Source: Armatimonadota bacterium (GTDB taxonomy: Bacteria; Armatimonadota; Armatimonadia; Armatimonadales; Armatimonadaceae). From it: a DNA stretch of 64,000 nucleotides. Under the pieces are notes generated by a model. It saw only the letters and a list, made by a program, of their open reading frames with translations. It was not told where the DNA came from and made no database searches. The position numbers were made by a program, and so were the translations under genes. The DNA lies in NCBI GenBank assembly GCA_043754515.1, contig JAYUUO010000150.1:32001-96000 (forward strand). Reading direction: 5' to 3'. Numbering within the stretch: the stretch's first letter is position 1; the number at the start of each line of letters is the position of its first letter. Positions 50,205-60,416 of this stretch are shown here, one piece after another.

Positions 50205-51737
50205 ATGAAACATGCCCTCCGTCTCGCGGCGACCGTCGCCGCAGGCTTCCTTGCTGGGATGCCTTGCGTCCTCGCGCCGTTATCCGCCTATGCTTCGTCG
50301 CACAGCGACGCGCCGCTGATCAAGCTCGATCCGCAAGCCAACCTGACCGACGTCTACGCCTTCGTCGGAGACAGCGCGAACGGCAAAGTGCTGAACATCG
50401 TCGTCAATGTCCACCCATTTTGCGAACCGGGCGACGGCGCGATCTACGACAAGTTCAGTGATGACGCCATCTATAGCATCCATATCGCCGACCCGAACAC
50501 CGGTGCCACCCTCCGCCGCTACGATTTCCGATTCTCCGGTCCCAGCGCGGGCTTGAAGAACCCGAATACGATCCTATCTTACGGCCTCGGTACGCAAGCG
50601 GGAGCGATCCAGAGCATCGGCGATTCCCACCAGAACTACACCCAGACCTATTCTCTGACCAGCATGTCGGGCAGTTCAGCCACATTGCTCGGTAGCAACC
50701 TGGTGACAGCCCCGCCCAATGTCGGTCTTCGTACGACGCCGCTATATAACGATCAGGTCGCTACCATCAACGGTAGCCCGAACCCGAACTACGGGTTCGC
50801 AGTCTCCGGAGCGACCTCGGATGCCACCCTCGATCCGTACACGAAGCAGGCAGTGAAATCGCTCGACAACGGGGTTCGTGTGTTCTGCGGCATGCGCGAC
50901 GATAGTTTCTACGCCGATATTCCGGGCATCTTCGATCTACTCGACCCGCGCATCCTGAAAACGCTGGGCAAGGCGAGTGGGAGCGATGGCACCGGCGTGG
51001 ACGGATTCAAGGGCTACAACGTTCTCACATATGCGGTGCAGATCCCGCTCAGTCAGCTACCGGCCGCAGTGTCGTACACGCCGGTCTTCGCCGGCGCGTT
51101 CGGCCTCAGCGCGTCGCCGACGACCGGCGTCGGCGTCTACGCCTCGGTGAGTCGCCCGCGCGTCACGTTGCGCTCGGCGGTTGGCGCGCCCGTGTCATCG
51201 GGTCCCTACATCCAAGTCAACCGGCTGGGTAATCCGCTGTTCAATGAGGCCTTGGTCGCCCTAAAGGATAAGGATAATTATAACCGCGACAGTCCCACCG
51301 TGGACGCTACGAAATATGCCACGTACGCGCTCAACAGCGAGTTGGCGACGCTGATCAACACGGTTCACGGGACGAATTTCGTGACCACGGGGCGGGTTGA
51401 TCTGCAAGCCGTGTTCATCCCCGATGTTCTGCGCGTGGACACTACGACCGACGCGGTAACGCTAGCCGGTCAATCCGGGTTCTCGCGCCTCGGTTTCATC
51501 GGTGGGGACACGGTCAACAGCCCCGGCGGAACGCGGAACGCGGGTTGGCCGAACGGCCGCCGCTTCGGCGACGATGTCGTGGATGTCGCGCTGACCGCGA
51601 TCGCTAGCGGCCCCTCCTACTCGACCGTGACGCTTGTCAGTGATAACATCGCGGCGAACGACCAGGTTTATAACCAGGTCTTCCCCTACTCGGCGACTCC
51701 AAACGCCGGCACACGCAACCGCAAAGACTCGTACTAG
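50205..51737 (+). CDS. DUF4331 family secreted protein
   Basis: 'SSHSDAP…DPQANLTDVYAF', 'RLGNPLFNE', 'GWPNGRRFGDDVVD', 'FPY'. Confidence 0.88.
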   Translation: MKHALRLAATVAAGFLAGMPCVLAPLSAYASSHSDAPLIKLDPQANLTDVYAFVGDSANGKVLNIVVNVHPFCEPGDGAIYDKFSDDAIYSIHIADPNTGATLRRYDFRFSGPSAGLKNPNTILSYGLGTQAGAIQSIGDSHQNYTQTYSLTSMSGSSATLLGSNLVTAPPNVGLRTTPLYNDQVATINGSPNPNYGFAVSGATSDATLDPYTKQAVKSLDNGVRVFCGMRDDSFYADIPGIFDLLDPRILKTLGKASGSDGTGVDGFKGYNVLTYAVQIPLSQLPAAVSYTPVFAGAFGLSASPTTGVGVYASVSRPRVTLRSAVGAPVSSGPYIQVNRLGNPLFNEALVALKDKDNYNRDSPTVDATKYATYALNSELATLINTVHGTNFVTTGRVDLQAVFIPDVLRVDTTTDAVTLAGQSGFSRLGFIGGDTVNSPGGTRNAGWPNGRRFGDDVVDVALTAIASGPSYSTVTLVSDNIAANDQVYNQVFPYSATPNAGTRNRKDSY

Positions 51738-51750
51738 TCGCGGGACTCGC

Positions 51751-51778
51751 ATGGGGCGGGCGCATTCTCCCGCCCCAT
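51751..51778. other. intra-operon stem-loop after DUF4331
   Basis: ATGGGGCGGG-cgcattct-CCCGCCCCAT. Confidence 0.5.
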
Positions 51779-51793
51779 CCGAAAGGGTTTTCT

Positions 51794-53290
51794 ATGTCTG
51801 TTTCTTCTTCCCCGGTGGTCGGCATGGCAGGCGCGCGACCGCTCGTGATCGGCTTAATCGTCACGGTCATCGCGGGCGGGGTCGGGTTCGCCCTCGCCAG
51901 ACGCGCTAAAACCGTCGCCACGCCGGTCGCCGTCGCATCGTCATCCGCCGTGCCGGTTATGGTCGCCGGGGCGTCAACTGTTACCGGAGTCTCGTCAGTT
52001 GCCGGTGCATCTGATGTATCTCCGACGCCGGAATCGGTGCGTGCCGGTATCCCCACCGTTGGGGGAACAACCGCCGCTGAGAGAGAAGTCGCCAAGCGGC
52101 TCCTCCTGACTCGATCGCACGCCTCCGACCCGCAAGCCTGGGTGAATCTGGGCGACGCGGTTATGCAACTGACGCGCGAACGCGCCGACCCGCACAACGT
52201 CGGTCCCGCCGAAAGTGCCTACCGCTACGCGCTGACGCTGAAGCCGAACCAGGCGGAGGCACTAACCGGCATGGCGTGGGTGATGGGGAATCGCCACCAG
52301 TTCGAAGAGAGCAAAGAATGGGCGCGGAAGGCGATAGCGGCGCGTCCCGACGAATCCGGTGCCTACGGGCTGATGGGCGACGCACAACTCGAGCGCGGCG
52401 ACTACGACGGCGCGTTCGAGACCTACCAGAAGATGCTCGACATCCGTCCCGACCTATCCTCTTATAGTCGCGGGGCGCACCTGCTCTACGTGACCGGCGA
52501 TACGGCTAAAGCCGTCTGGCTTATGGAGAAGGCCGTGAAGTCGGGCGGCCCCTTCGCCGAAAACACGGCATGGTGCCGTGGTCAGCTCGCCGAGATGCTT
52601 TTCAGCACCGGCGGGGTGTTGCCCGCCGAGTCGCAGGTCAAGGAAGGCATGAAGACGGCACCGGATAACCCGTTCCTACTCGTGATGGACGCCCGTATCA
52701 AACTCGCGAAGAAGAATCTCCCCGGCGCGATAGCCTCCGCCGAAAGAGTCGTCTCTGTCGCCCCGCAACATGTCGCGGGATTAATTTTGCTGTATGACCT
52801 GTACCGAAGAGCGGGCGAGACCGCGAAGGCGGAGGGCATGAAGGCACAAGTCGAGACCGCGGCGGTGCATTACAAGCAGCACGGGAACGCCGACCAGTTG
52901 TTTCTGGCTAAGTTCTACGCGGATCACGACCTTAAGTTATCCGACGCACTCCTGATCGTGAATGATCGGACCGCGAACGGGACGAAGGAACTAACCGCCC
53001 CGAACGACGCCGACATCTCCGCGTGGGTGTTTTATAAGAATGGCATGTCGAAAGAGGCGGAAAAATACAGCAAGATGGCGCGGTCGAAGGGCGGGCAGGA
53101 CGCGACACGTCTGTATCACGCGGGCATGATCGCGGCGAAGGACGGGTACTTGCAGGAGGCACGCCTGATGCTTTACAAGGCACTGTCCTTTAACCCAAAC
53201 TTCGACCCGATCCAGGCGGATGTTTGCGCCCAAACGCTAGCGGGTCTGGCTGGTAAAGCGGTGGGCAATGATAGAGTCGCCAAGCATTGA
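51794..53290 (+). CDS. membrane-anchored tetratricopeptide repeat protein
   Basis: N-terminal TM helix and multiple TPRs ('AYGLMGDAQLERGDYDGAFETYQKMLDIRPD'). Confidence 0.88.
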   Translation: MSVSSSPVVGMAGARPLVIGLIVTVIAGGVGFALARRAKTVATPVAVASSSAVPVMVAGASTVTGVSSVAGASDVSPTPESVRAGIPTVGGTTAAEREVAKRLLLTRSHASDPQAWVNLGDAVMQLTRERADPHNVGPAESAYRYALTLKPNQAEALTGMAWVMGNRHQFEESKEWARKAIAARPDESGAYGLMGDAQLERGDYDGAFETYQKMLDIRPDLSSYSRGAHLLYVTGDTAKAVWLMEKAVKSGGPFAENTAWCRGQLAEMLFSTGGVLPAESQVKEGMKTAPDNPFLLVMDARIKLAKKNLPGAIASAERVVSVAPQHVAGLILLYDLYRRAGETAKAEGMKAQVETAAVHYKQHGNADQLFLAKFYADHDLKLSDALLIVNDRTANGTKELTAPNDADISAWVFYKNGMSKEAEKYSKMARSKGGQDATRLYHAGMIAAKDGYLQEARLMLYKALSFNPNFDPIQADVCAQTLAGLAGKAVGNDRVAKH

Positions 53291-54369
53291 GACGCCTTGT
53301 CGCCGTGTTGCTTTGTTGCCTCGCCTTCTTGCCCACGGCGCGGGCACACGACATCCCGGCAAGCCGGGTAGATGTGCGTGTGTCCGGTTCACGCGTCGCA
53401 GTGGACATAGACGCGCCCGTTTCCGGCTGGATGTACGATATTGCGGTACTCACCCCGGAAAACGCGATCAGTCGGCAAATAGAGATTGAGTCGCTGGCGA
53501 TGAGCCGGCTCACCTTCTCCGCGGACGGGGCGACGTTGCCCGTTACTTCGGCGGGCGCGGCGCGGCTTCTGCCGCGCGTTCGGGACCAAACGCCGCTACG
53601 CCTGTCGCTCTCCGCCCCGCTACCGCCGGGCGCGAGGACGCTGACGATACGGGGGCAACTGTTCCCGACCGATCCGAAACATCACACCATCTTGACCGTG
53701 CGCGGGGCGGGGGGGCGGCTGGTACATGAGGCGATACTGACGCCAGAAGCCCCGGAAGCTGTCGTCCAGCTCGGCGATGTGACCAGACAGAACCCATTAT
53801 CCGTGTTCGCGCAGTTCGTTAAAGAGGGCGTTTTTCACATCGCCATCGGTCCCGATCATATCCTGTTCGTGGTCGCGCTTCTCCTGATGGGCGGGTCGGT
53901 AAAGCAGCTACTCAAAGTCGTGACCGCGTTCACGGTCGCTCACAGCATAACGCTGGTGCTCGCCGCCCTCGGAATCGTCAAGTTACCCGGTTCTATAATA
54001 GAGCCGACTATCGCGGCGAGCATCGTTTTCGTCGGCGTACGCGTGTTACAAACCAAATGGCGAATCAGCGGCGCGAAAGCCCCCGAGGAACGGTTACCGT
54101 ATGCCTTCGGATTCGGTCTTGTCCATGGCTTCGGCTTCGCCAGCGCACTTTCTGAGTTGGCACTGCCACGGTACGCGCTTGCGATGTCGCTGGTCGGTTT
54201 CAACATCGGGGTCGAGATCGGACAGGCGACGCTGGTTCTGACAATCGCCCCGATTCTCGCATGGCTTCACCGGGCGCATCCCGCGCTAGCCCACCGCCTC
54301 GTTTTAGCAACGGCTATTATTGTCATTATTGCTGGGGCTTACTGGTTTGGCGAAAGGGTCGCGGGCTAA
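53287..54369 (+). CDS. HupE/UreJ family protein with periplasmic N-terminal domain
   Basis: '[11 protein letters not shown]', '[11 protein letters not shown]', '[10 protein letters not shown]', 'FNIGVEIGQ'. Confidence 0.9.
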   Translation: MRRLVAVLLCCLAFLPTARAHDIPASRVDVRVSGSRVAVDIDAPVSGWMYDIAVLTPENAISRQIEIESLAMSRLTFSADGATLPVTSAGAARLLPRVRDQTPLRLSLSAPLPPGARTLTIRGQLFPTDPKHHTILTVRGAGGRLVHEAILTPEAPEAVVQLGDVTRQNPLSVFAQFVKEGVFHIAIGPDHILFVVALLLMGGSVKQLLKVVTAFTVAHSITLVLAALGIVKLPGSIIEPTIAASIVFVGVRVLQTKWRISGAKAPEERLPYAFGFGLVHGFGFASALSELALPRYALAMSLVGFNIGVEIGQATLVLTIAPILAWLHRAHPALAHRLVLATAIIVIIAGAYWFGERVAG

Positions 54370-54388
54370 TCCCCGCTTGGAGAAGAAC

Positions 54389-55409
54389 ATGAAACAGAAG
54401 TCTAGTACCGTGGTATACACCGCGACAGACGAATCGAGAAGTCAAGGAGGCGCGGCGTCTCTCTCACATAAACCGTTTGACTACAAACCCCGACTCAGCC
54501 GCCTTTGTCGAGGGCGCGGTTTCACCTTGATTGAACTGCTCGTCGTGATCGCCATAATCGCTATCCTTGCCGCTATCCTGTTTCCGGTGTTCGCTGGAGC
54601 GCGGGAGAAGGCCCGGCAGACGGCCTGTCTGTCAAACGAGCGACAGCTCGGACTCGCCGCGCGGATGTATATGACCGACAACGACGACTCCCTGTACCAC
54701 CATCATGAAGGCTGGGTTCTGGACGACGGGACGCAACTAGATACTCTTCCCGCGACGCCCGATGGTTGCGTGGGCGGGGGGGGCGGGCAATAGCAACGCC
54801 GAAAAGCCCTGGGCGATCTTCTTCCAGCCTTACATGAAGAGCCGTCAACTGTTGTTCTGCCCGTCCGATCCGGAGCCGCGTTCCGACACCCTGGCTACCG
54901 ATATAAAAGGATACAACGGCGGCATAACGATGCTGGGCGGCGAGTGTGTCGCCGCGCCGGACGGCGAGCAGTGTCGGGCGGAGAAAGACCATACGGCGAT
55001 GTGGAGCTACGTTCTTAACTCGGTGTTCACTCACCGGTCGTGTCGCTACGCGACGGAGAAGGCACTACCCGATTTCGCGACGGACGCGGTGCTCGAGGCA
55101 CTGCCCGACCCCAACCTAATTATGTTCTCGGAGCGAAACTCTGCCGCGCTGGACGCCGTTGATAACACCGACTTCGGCTACGTGCCGCAGGACGATTACG
55201 ACACCTGGGCGGGCGAAGCCGCGCTCGTTAACTGGGGCGGCAGTAGCCGTTACGGAAGTCAAGGTTGGATCGTTTACAACCGGCATAACGGCGGGTCGAA
55301 CTACGTCTTCGCGGACGGTCATGTCAAGTGGATGCGCTGGGGGCAGGCACGCGGCTATCAGTATCCGGATCATAAAGTGCGGTTCCCTCTGACAAACCCG
55401 CCGCAATAG
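54389..55409 (+). CDS. prepilin-type DUF1559 / H-X9-DG protein, +1 frameshift in the G8 run at 54776-54783
   Basis: N-terminal half '[12 protein letters not shown]…'. C-terminal half 'FCPSD…[16 protein letters not shown]'. G7 would restore the frame. Confidence 0.85.
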
Positions 55410-55571
55410 TTCCGCGAACAAAGGGGAGGGGATGTGGTTTGTCGGGCTAGGCTTCGCGGCTTGTGGAGGTGCCTTTCCTCCCCACCTACACCACTTCCCG
55501 CCATTGCCGCGCCGAAGAAGTCGGCTGTCTTTTGACACCCGACCTCGGGCGTTTCAGGGTACAAACCTTGT

Positions 55572-56234
55572 ATGCAACTCCCGATAGTTCATTCTTTCGA
55601 CCTGACGCCCGAGGAAGCGGTCGCCCTGCAACGCGAACTCGCCGCCCAGGTCATTGACCGCGACGACTTCGACCCGTCCGCCCTTCGGACTATCGCCGGT
55701 ATTGATGTGTCGCTCGCGGGCGGGGGCCGGGCTGCGGTTGTCGTGCTGTCGCTCCCCGGTCTCGATGTCGTGGAGAGCGTCACCGCGTCCGCCCCGATCA
55801 CGTTCCCCTACGTCCCCGGCTTGCTGTCGTTCCGCGAAACGCCGCTGGTGCTCGCCGCGCTGGAGAAACTGCCCACGCCGCCCGACCTTCTGATGATAGA
55901 CGGGCAGGGGCGGGCACACCCGCGCCGGTTCGGCATCGCGTGTCACGTCGGCGTCCTCACCGGCCTCCCGGCCATCGGCGTCGCCAAATCCATCCTTTGC
56001 GGCAAACACGAGCCGTTCGACGAGGACCCCGGTAGCTCCGAGCCGCTGACCCACCGCGGCGAGACCATCGGCACGGTGCTACGCACGAAGAAGCGAACCA
56101 ACCCGCTGATCATCTCGGTCGGGCACCGCGTCTCGCTCGCCACTTCGGTATCGCTGGTGCGGCAGTGTCTGCGCGGCTACCGCCTGCCGGAGCCGACGCG
56201 TCAAGCGCACAACGCCGCCGGGGCCGACGAGTAA
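55572..56234 (+). CDS. nfi: endonuclease V
   Basis: 'AGIDVS', 'FPYVPGLLSFRE', 'DGQGRAHPRRFGIACH', 'IGVAK', 'YRLPEPTR'. Confidence 0.95.
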   Translation: MQLPIVHSFDLTPEEAVALQRELAAQVIDRDDFDPSALRTIAGIDVSLAGGGRAAVVVLSLPGLDVVESVTASAPITFPYVPGLLSFRETPLVLAALEKLPTPPDLLMIDGQGRAHPRRFGIACHVGVLTGLPAIGVAKSILCGKHEPFDEDPGSSEPLTHRGETIGTVLRTKKRTNPLIISVGHRVSLATSVSLVRQCLRGYRLPEPTRQAHNAAGADE

Positions 56235-56368
56235 AGTGTGAAACGGCTACCGGCACCGGGTTGATGCCGACGCTCTGAATCAACCATGTTGGGCGAAAAT
56301 CGGCTCTCGAGGTGCGCCTTAAGTAGTCGGCGAACAGAGATCGTTATCCCGACGCGGGAACAATATTT

Positions 56369-57887
56369 GTAACTATTCAGGCACCGTTCAAAGCGGGCAA
56401 AATCGGTTCCCCGGCAAAGACGGACTGCAAGCAGTCCAGCAACCGCATCCCCTGTTCGCGGCAGGTCACGATGTAACTGCGCAGTCGGCAGAACGTGTCC
56501 GCCCCCGCTTTCGTGCGGAAACAACCGCTCACCTCGGCTTTCACCTTCATCATCCGTAAGTCGCGCTCGGCTTCATTGTTGGTAAAGGGCACCCTCAGAT
56601 CGAACAGGAAGGCGAGGCATTCGTCCCGGTGGTTCCGTAGCCGCTCCAGAAGGCAGCGCGCCTTGCCCTTGGAGACCCGACGCCCTACCTCCTTCTCTAG
56701 CAGTTTAGTCGGTAACGGGTTCGCTTCCAATCCCTGAGCGACTATCGCGTCGAAGGCGCGGGCGAGTCGTCGCGCGTTCCACAACTTGGGTGAACCGCGC
56801 TCGCGTGCCCGGTGACACGCCGCGACCATGTCCTCCATTACCACCTTGAGCGAACCCGCCCAGTCTTGCCTCAAGACTTCGCGTGCGTAGGTCAACTCCC
56901 GCAACAGATGCGCCCCGCAGAACTGGTGATCACAGGCGAGCGTGACGTAATTGCTATAAAAGTCCGAGACGAGCCGCCCTCGGTAAGCGAGTAAGTCATC
57001 TACCGCCTCCTTACCGCGCCGCTCGTGGGCGAACAAATAACAAAGGGCGTCCGTGCTACGGGTGTGTACCCAGTGGAGTCTGCCGGCGACCCGCACGCCC
57101 GTCTCGTCCGCGTGGAGCAAGGGCGATCCACCCGCCGCCCCTTTGAAGACGTCGCTCGAACGGTACCAACCGATCCGTGGCGCGCGACAGAGCCGCTTGC
57201 AGGCTGCCCGCGCCGAAAGGGGCACCCGTCACGTCCCGCACGATTTGCGCAGGAAGTTCCGCAGCGGAACTGTCCGAGCAACGGGCGAAGGGCAGCAAAT
57301 GGACGCCCTGCGGATAGGCGGCGAAGCCCAAAAGGTTCGCGCCGTACTGAACCGGTTGCTCTACCCCGGCTGGGAAAGGGGCGGCGCATCGCTTCGCACA
57401 GCAAGGGCAAGTCAGGGTCAGCGCGCGGTGTTCCGTGACGACGACCCGAGGGGCAGGCATGTCGAAGACTTGTCGGCGTGCGTAAGGGGCGGACGGGTCG
57501 GCTTGCAACAGTGCCGGGCAGCGCGGACACGTCAGCGGGCGGTGTTCGACAACGACATCGGGCGCGGCGACCCGCGGGAGCGTCGTGCCTGTATGTCCGG
57601 GTTGTCCGCCGGGCTTCCTACCGCTTTTGGTGCGTAGGCTTCACGGCGCGGGCTTGCTCAATCCGTCGCTCGATGGTGGTTTGGAGGAGTTATTGGAGTT
57701 CTTGGCAACCCGCTCTTCTAACTGTTGAACTCGCCGGATAAGGTCCGCCAGAAACGCGACGACCGTCTCTTCGCCCTATTGGTAGAGGGCGCGGGCTTGT
57801 TCTTCGGGTGTCATGGCAGGGGACGGCATAGCGGGTTAGGACTATGCTATCATAGAGCTAACTGTCCGGCGACCGCTGAATAGTTAC
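56369..57887 (-). mobile_element. IS66-family insertion sequence (single-ORF ISBst12 type), 1519 bp, inactivated
   Basis: 12-bp terminal inverted repeats GTAACTATTCAG (56369-56380) and CTGAATAGTTAC (57876-57887) enclosing transposase remnants. Confidence 0.88.
56377..57829 (-). pseudogene. IS66 transposase pseudogene
   Basis: 'KNSNNSSKPPSSDG', 'PVQYG', 'HADETG', 'HQFCGAHLLREL', 'FTNNEAERDLR'. In-frame TAG at 57776-57778 and several frameshifts. Confidence 0.88.
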
Positions 57888-57888
57888 C

Positions 57889-57930
57889 AAAAAAGAACGC
57901 CCCCGATTCTGTTACAGAATCGGGAGCGTT
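57889..57930 (-). terminator. intrinsic terminator of the sigma factor gene
   Basis: Hairpin AACGCcCCCGATTCTG/CAGAATCGGGaGCGTT followed by CTTTTTT on the minus strand. Confidence 0.78.
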
Positions 57931-57950
57931 GGCTCATCTACCGCGAAGTG

Positions 57951-58967
57951 CTAGGCGACCACCGTCTCCCGCAGACGTCCGCCGATCTCCGAGCGGCGCA
58001 ACTTCTGCAACGCGCCCGCTTCGATCTGGCGCGCACGCTCGCGCGAAAGGTGTAGTTCCTTGCCCACCTGCTCCAATGTCATCGGAGCCTCGGCATCCTC
58101 CGACAGGCCGTAGCGCAGTTCCAGCACTTCCCGCTCCCGCGGGGTGAGCTGCTTGAGCGCACGCCCGATCTCCTCGCGCAAGGCGCGGCGGAACACGCGT
58201 GCCGACGGCAGGGTGGCATCCTCCGCCGGGAGCAGGTCGCCGAGTCGGGTCGTCGAGTCGCCGGCGGGCGCGTCTAGACTCATCGGCTCCGGCGTTTCCG
58301 CCTCCAGTAGTGTTTCCACCTTGTCCACGGGCAACCCCACTTCGGCGGCTATTTCGATAGCGGTCGGGGTGCGGTTCAGTTTCGTCGCCAGCATCTCGCG
58401 CGTTCGCTTGATCTTGCCCAGCGACTCGATGGCATGCGACGGCAGACGGATCGTCCGCCCCTGATTCTCCACCGCCCGCCCGAGAGCCTGCCGGATCCAA
58501 TGCGTCGCGTAGGTCGAGAACCGGAACCCGCGCCGGTAGTCGAACTTATCCACGGCGTGAATCAGCCCGAGCGTACCCTCCTGAATCAGATCCTCCATGG
58601 CGATCCCACGGTTCTGATACTTCTTGGCGATGGATGTCACGAGGCGCAGGTTGGCGTTCACCAACACTTCGCGCGCCCACTTCTCACCCTGTTCGACTTT
58701 GCGTGCCAACTTCCGCTCCTGCTCCATCGAGAGCAGGGCGGTGTTACTCGAACCGGTTCGGTCCGTGAGATACGAGGCGAAATCTTCCTTGTTCGCGAAT
58801 GCCGACTCGTCATCGAGATCGTCAACCGGTGCCGGGGGCTTCGGGTTGGTCGCAACCGCGAACGTCGCAACCGGTTTGACAACCGGCTCGCTCCGCAGTT
58901 CGTTCAACCCTTCCAGCGTCGTGTCGTGATTTTTAATTTCGTTATCCAATGTTTCTACCAGGAACAT
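57951..58967 (-). CDS. RNA polymerase sigma-70 factor, RpoD/SigA-like paralogue (group 2-like, no region 1.1)
   Basis: 'ANLRLVTSIAKKY', 'DLIQEG', 'FSTYATHWIRQA', 'RTIRLP', 'TLEQVG…SRERARQIE'. Confidence 0.92.
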   Translation of the reverse strand: MFLVETLDNEIKNHDTTLEGLNELRSEPVVKPVATFAVATNPKPPAPVDDLDDESAFANKEDFASYLTDRTGSSNTALLSMEQERKLARKVEQGEKWAREVLVNANLRLVTSIAKKYQNRGIAMEDLIQEGTLGLIHAVDKFDYRRGFRFSTYATHWIRQALGRAVENQGRTIRLPSHAIESLGKIKRTREMLATKLNRTPTAIEIAAEVGLPVDKVETLLEAETPEPMSLDAPAGDSTTRLGDLLPAEDATLPSARVFRRALREEIGRALKQLTPREREVLELRYGLSEDAEAPMTLEQVGKELHLSRERARQIEAGALQKLRRSEIGGRLRETVVA

Positions 58968-59330
58968 AATGTGTACTCTTCTTTGCCTATCCGGGGAAGG
59001 CAACGCACGTCAAAACTATCAGCATCGGCTACCGTCCCAGAAAAATGGGCGTGCCATTTAGTAACGCTAAAAAACCCTTGCAAGTTCCCTATCGTTCAAG
59101 ATACAATCGTTGCTAAGGCTAATTTTTCCCGCGTCGGTAGGTTTCTCCGGCGGGCGCGTGGATTCCTTCTTCTTGGACTAACCCTCGCGGCGGATTGGTT
59201 CCGGTTCGCAGGACGAGGAACGAGCCGGGTCCCACCGCTCCGGCGTTCCACCATCCGCCGCCGTGCTTTAACTCTCCACGTTTTCCGGGTGGGGCGCGGG
59301 TGGCAGATGGGCTGACTTGATACCAAAAGC

Positions 59331-60311
59331 ATGCAAGTAACGTTTCTTGGGACGGGATCCGGCGCACCGACGCGGGCGCGAAACGTGTCGGGGGCGACAC
59401 TATTCCTGCCTGAACGCGGCGAGCTTTTCCTCTTCGACTGCGGTGAGGGAACCCAGCATCAGTGTCTGCGGGCGGCGCAGGTCCGCCTGTCACAACTGAG
59501 CCGGGTCTTCATCACGCATATGCACGGCGACCACGTTTTCGGCCTCGTCGGTCTGCTCGCGTCCCGCGCCCTCGCCCAGGGGGGCACCTCGCCCGTCGCG
59601 CTGTACGGCCCCGCCCAACTCGAGACCTACGTGCGCGGGTGCCTTCACACGACGGGGACACACTGGGGATACCCTATGTCGTTCCACACCGTCCGCCCCG
59701 GCGTCCTGTTCGAGGATGAGCAAATGCTCGTGGAATGTGCCCCGGTCCGTCACCGTTGCGATGCCTTCGCCTACGCGGTTCAGGAGAAGCCGCAGGCGGG
59801 TCGCTTCGACGCGGAGGCGGCGCGCGCCCTGGGGATACCGCCGGGACCGCTCTACGGACGGCTCAAGGCGGGCGACACCGTAACCCTCCCGGACGGGCGC
59901 GAAATAAACGGCGCGACGCTGGTCGGCCCGCCGCGCGTGGGTCGCCGGGTCGTCTACTCCGGCGACACGGCGTACTGCGCGGATCTGGCGCGGCTCGCCG
60001 CCGACGCCGATTTGCTGATACACGAGGCGACGTTCGCGGAGTCCGAGCGCGGCCTGGCGGATCGGGCGGCGCACTCCACCGCGACCGACGCCGCGCGGAT
60101 CGCCGAACTCGCTGGTGTCCGGCAACTGGTGCTGACGCATATCTCGCCCCGCTACGACGCCGACGGGGGGGCGGGCCTCGACGCCCTACTTAGCGAGGCG
60201 CGCGCCATTTTCCCCGCGTCCGAGGTTGCCTACGATCTGATGCGCGTCGAGGTACCGCGCCGCGAACACGGCGACAGCGCGGACGATCCCCGGTCACCGT
60301 CCGCCGAATGA
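59331..60311 (+). CDS. rnz: ribonuclease Z
   Basis: 'FLGTGSGAPTRARN', 'DCGEGTQ', 'THMHGDH', exosite 'GIPPGPLYGRLK', 'HEATF', 'HST', 'LTHISPRY'. Confidence 0.95.
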   Translation: MQVTFLGTGSGAPTRARNVSGATLFLPERGELFLFDCGEGTQHQCLRAAQVRLSQLSRVFITHMHGDHVFGLVGLLASRALAQGGTSPVALYGPAQLETYVRGCLHTTGTHWGYPMSFHTVRPGVLFEDEQMLVECAPVRHRCDAFAYAVQEKPQAGRFDAEAARALGIPPGPLYGRLKAGDTVTLPDGREINGATLVGPPRVGRRVVYSGDTAYCADLARLAADADLLIHEATFAESERGLADRAAHSTATDAARIAELAGVRQLVLTHISPRYDADGGAGLDALLSEARAIFPASEVAYDLMRVEVPRREHGDSADDPRSPSAE

Positions 60312-60332
60312 TCGTTGCCGTGAAATGTTTTA

Positions 60333-60381
60333 ATGAACGTGTTCATAAAATATTGACGTCCCCCGATTCCTCTGTCATACT
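60333..60381 (+). promoter_or_regulatory. inverted repeat plus sigma-70 promoter
   Basis: ATGAAC-gt-GTTCAT (60333-60346), TTGACG (60353-60358), 17 bp spacer, TGt-CATACT (60376-60381). Confidence 0.5.
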
Positions 60382-60416
60382 ATAGGTAAACCTGTCCGCC
60401 GAAGGAGAACCAGAAG

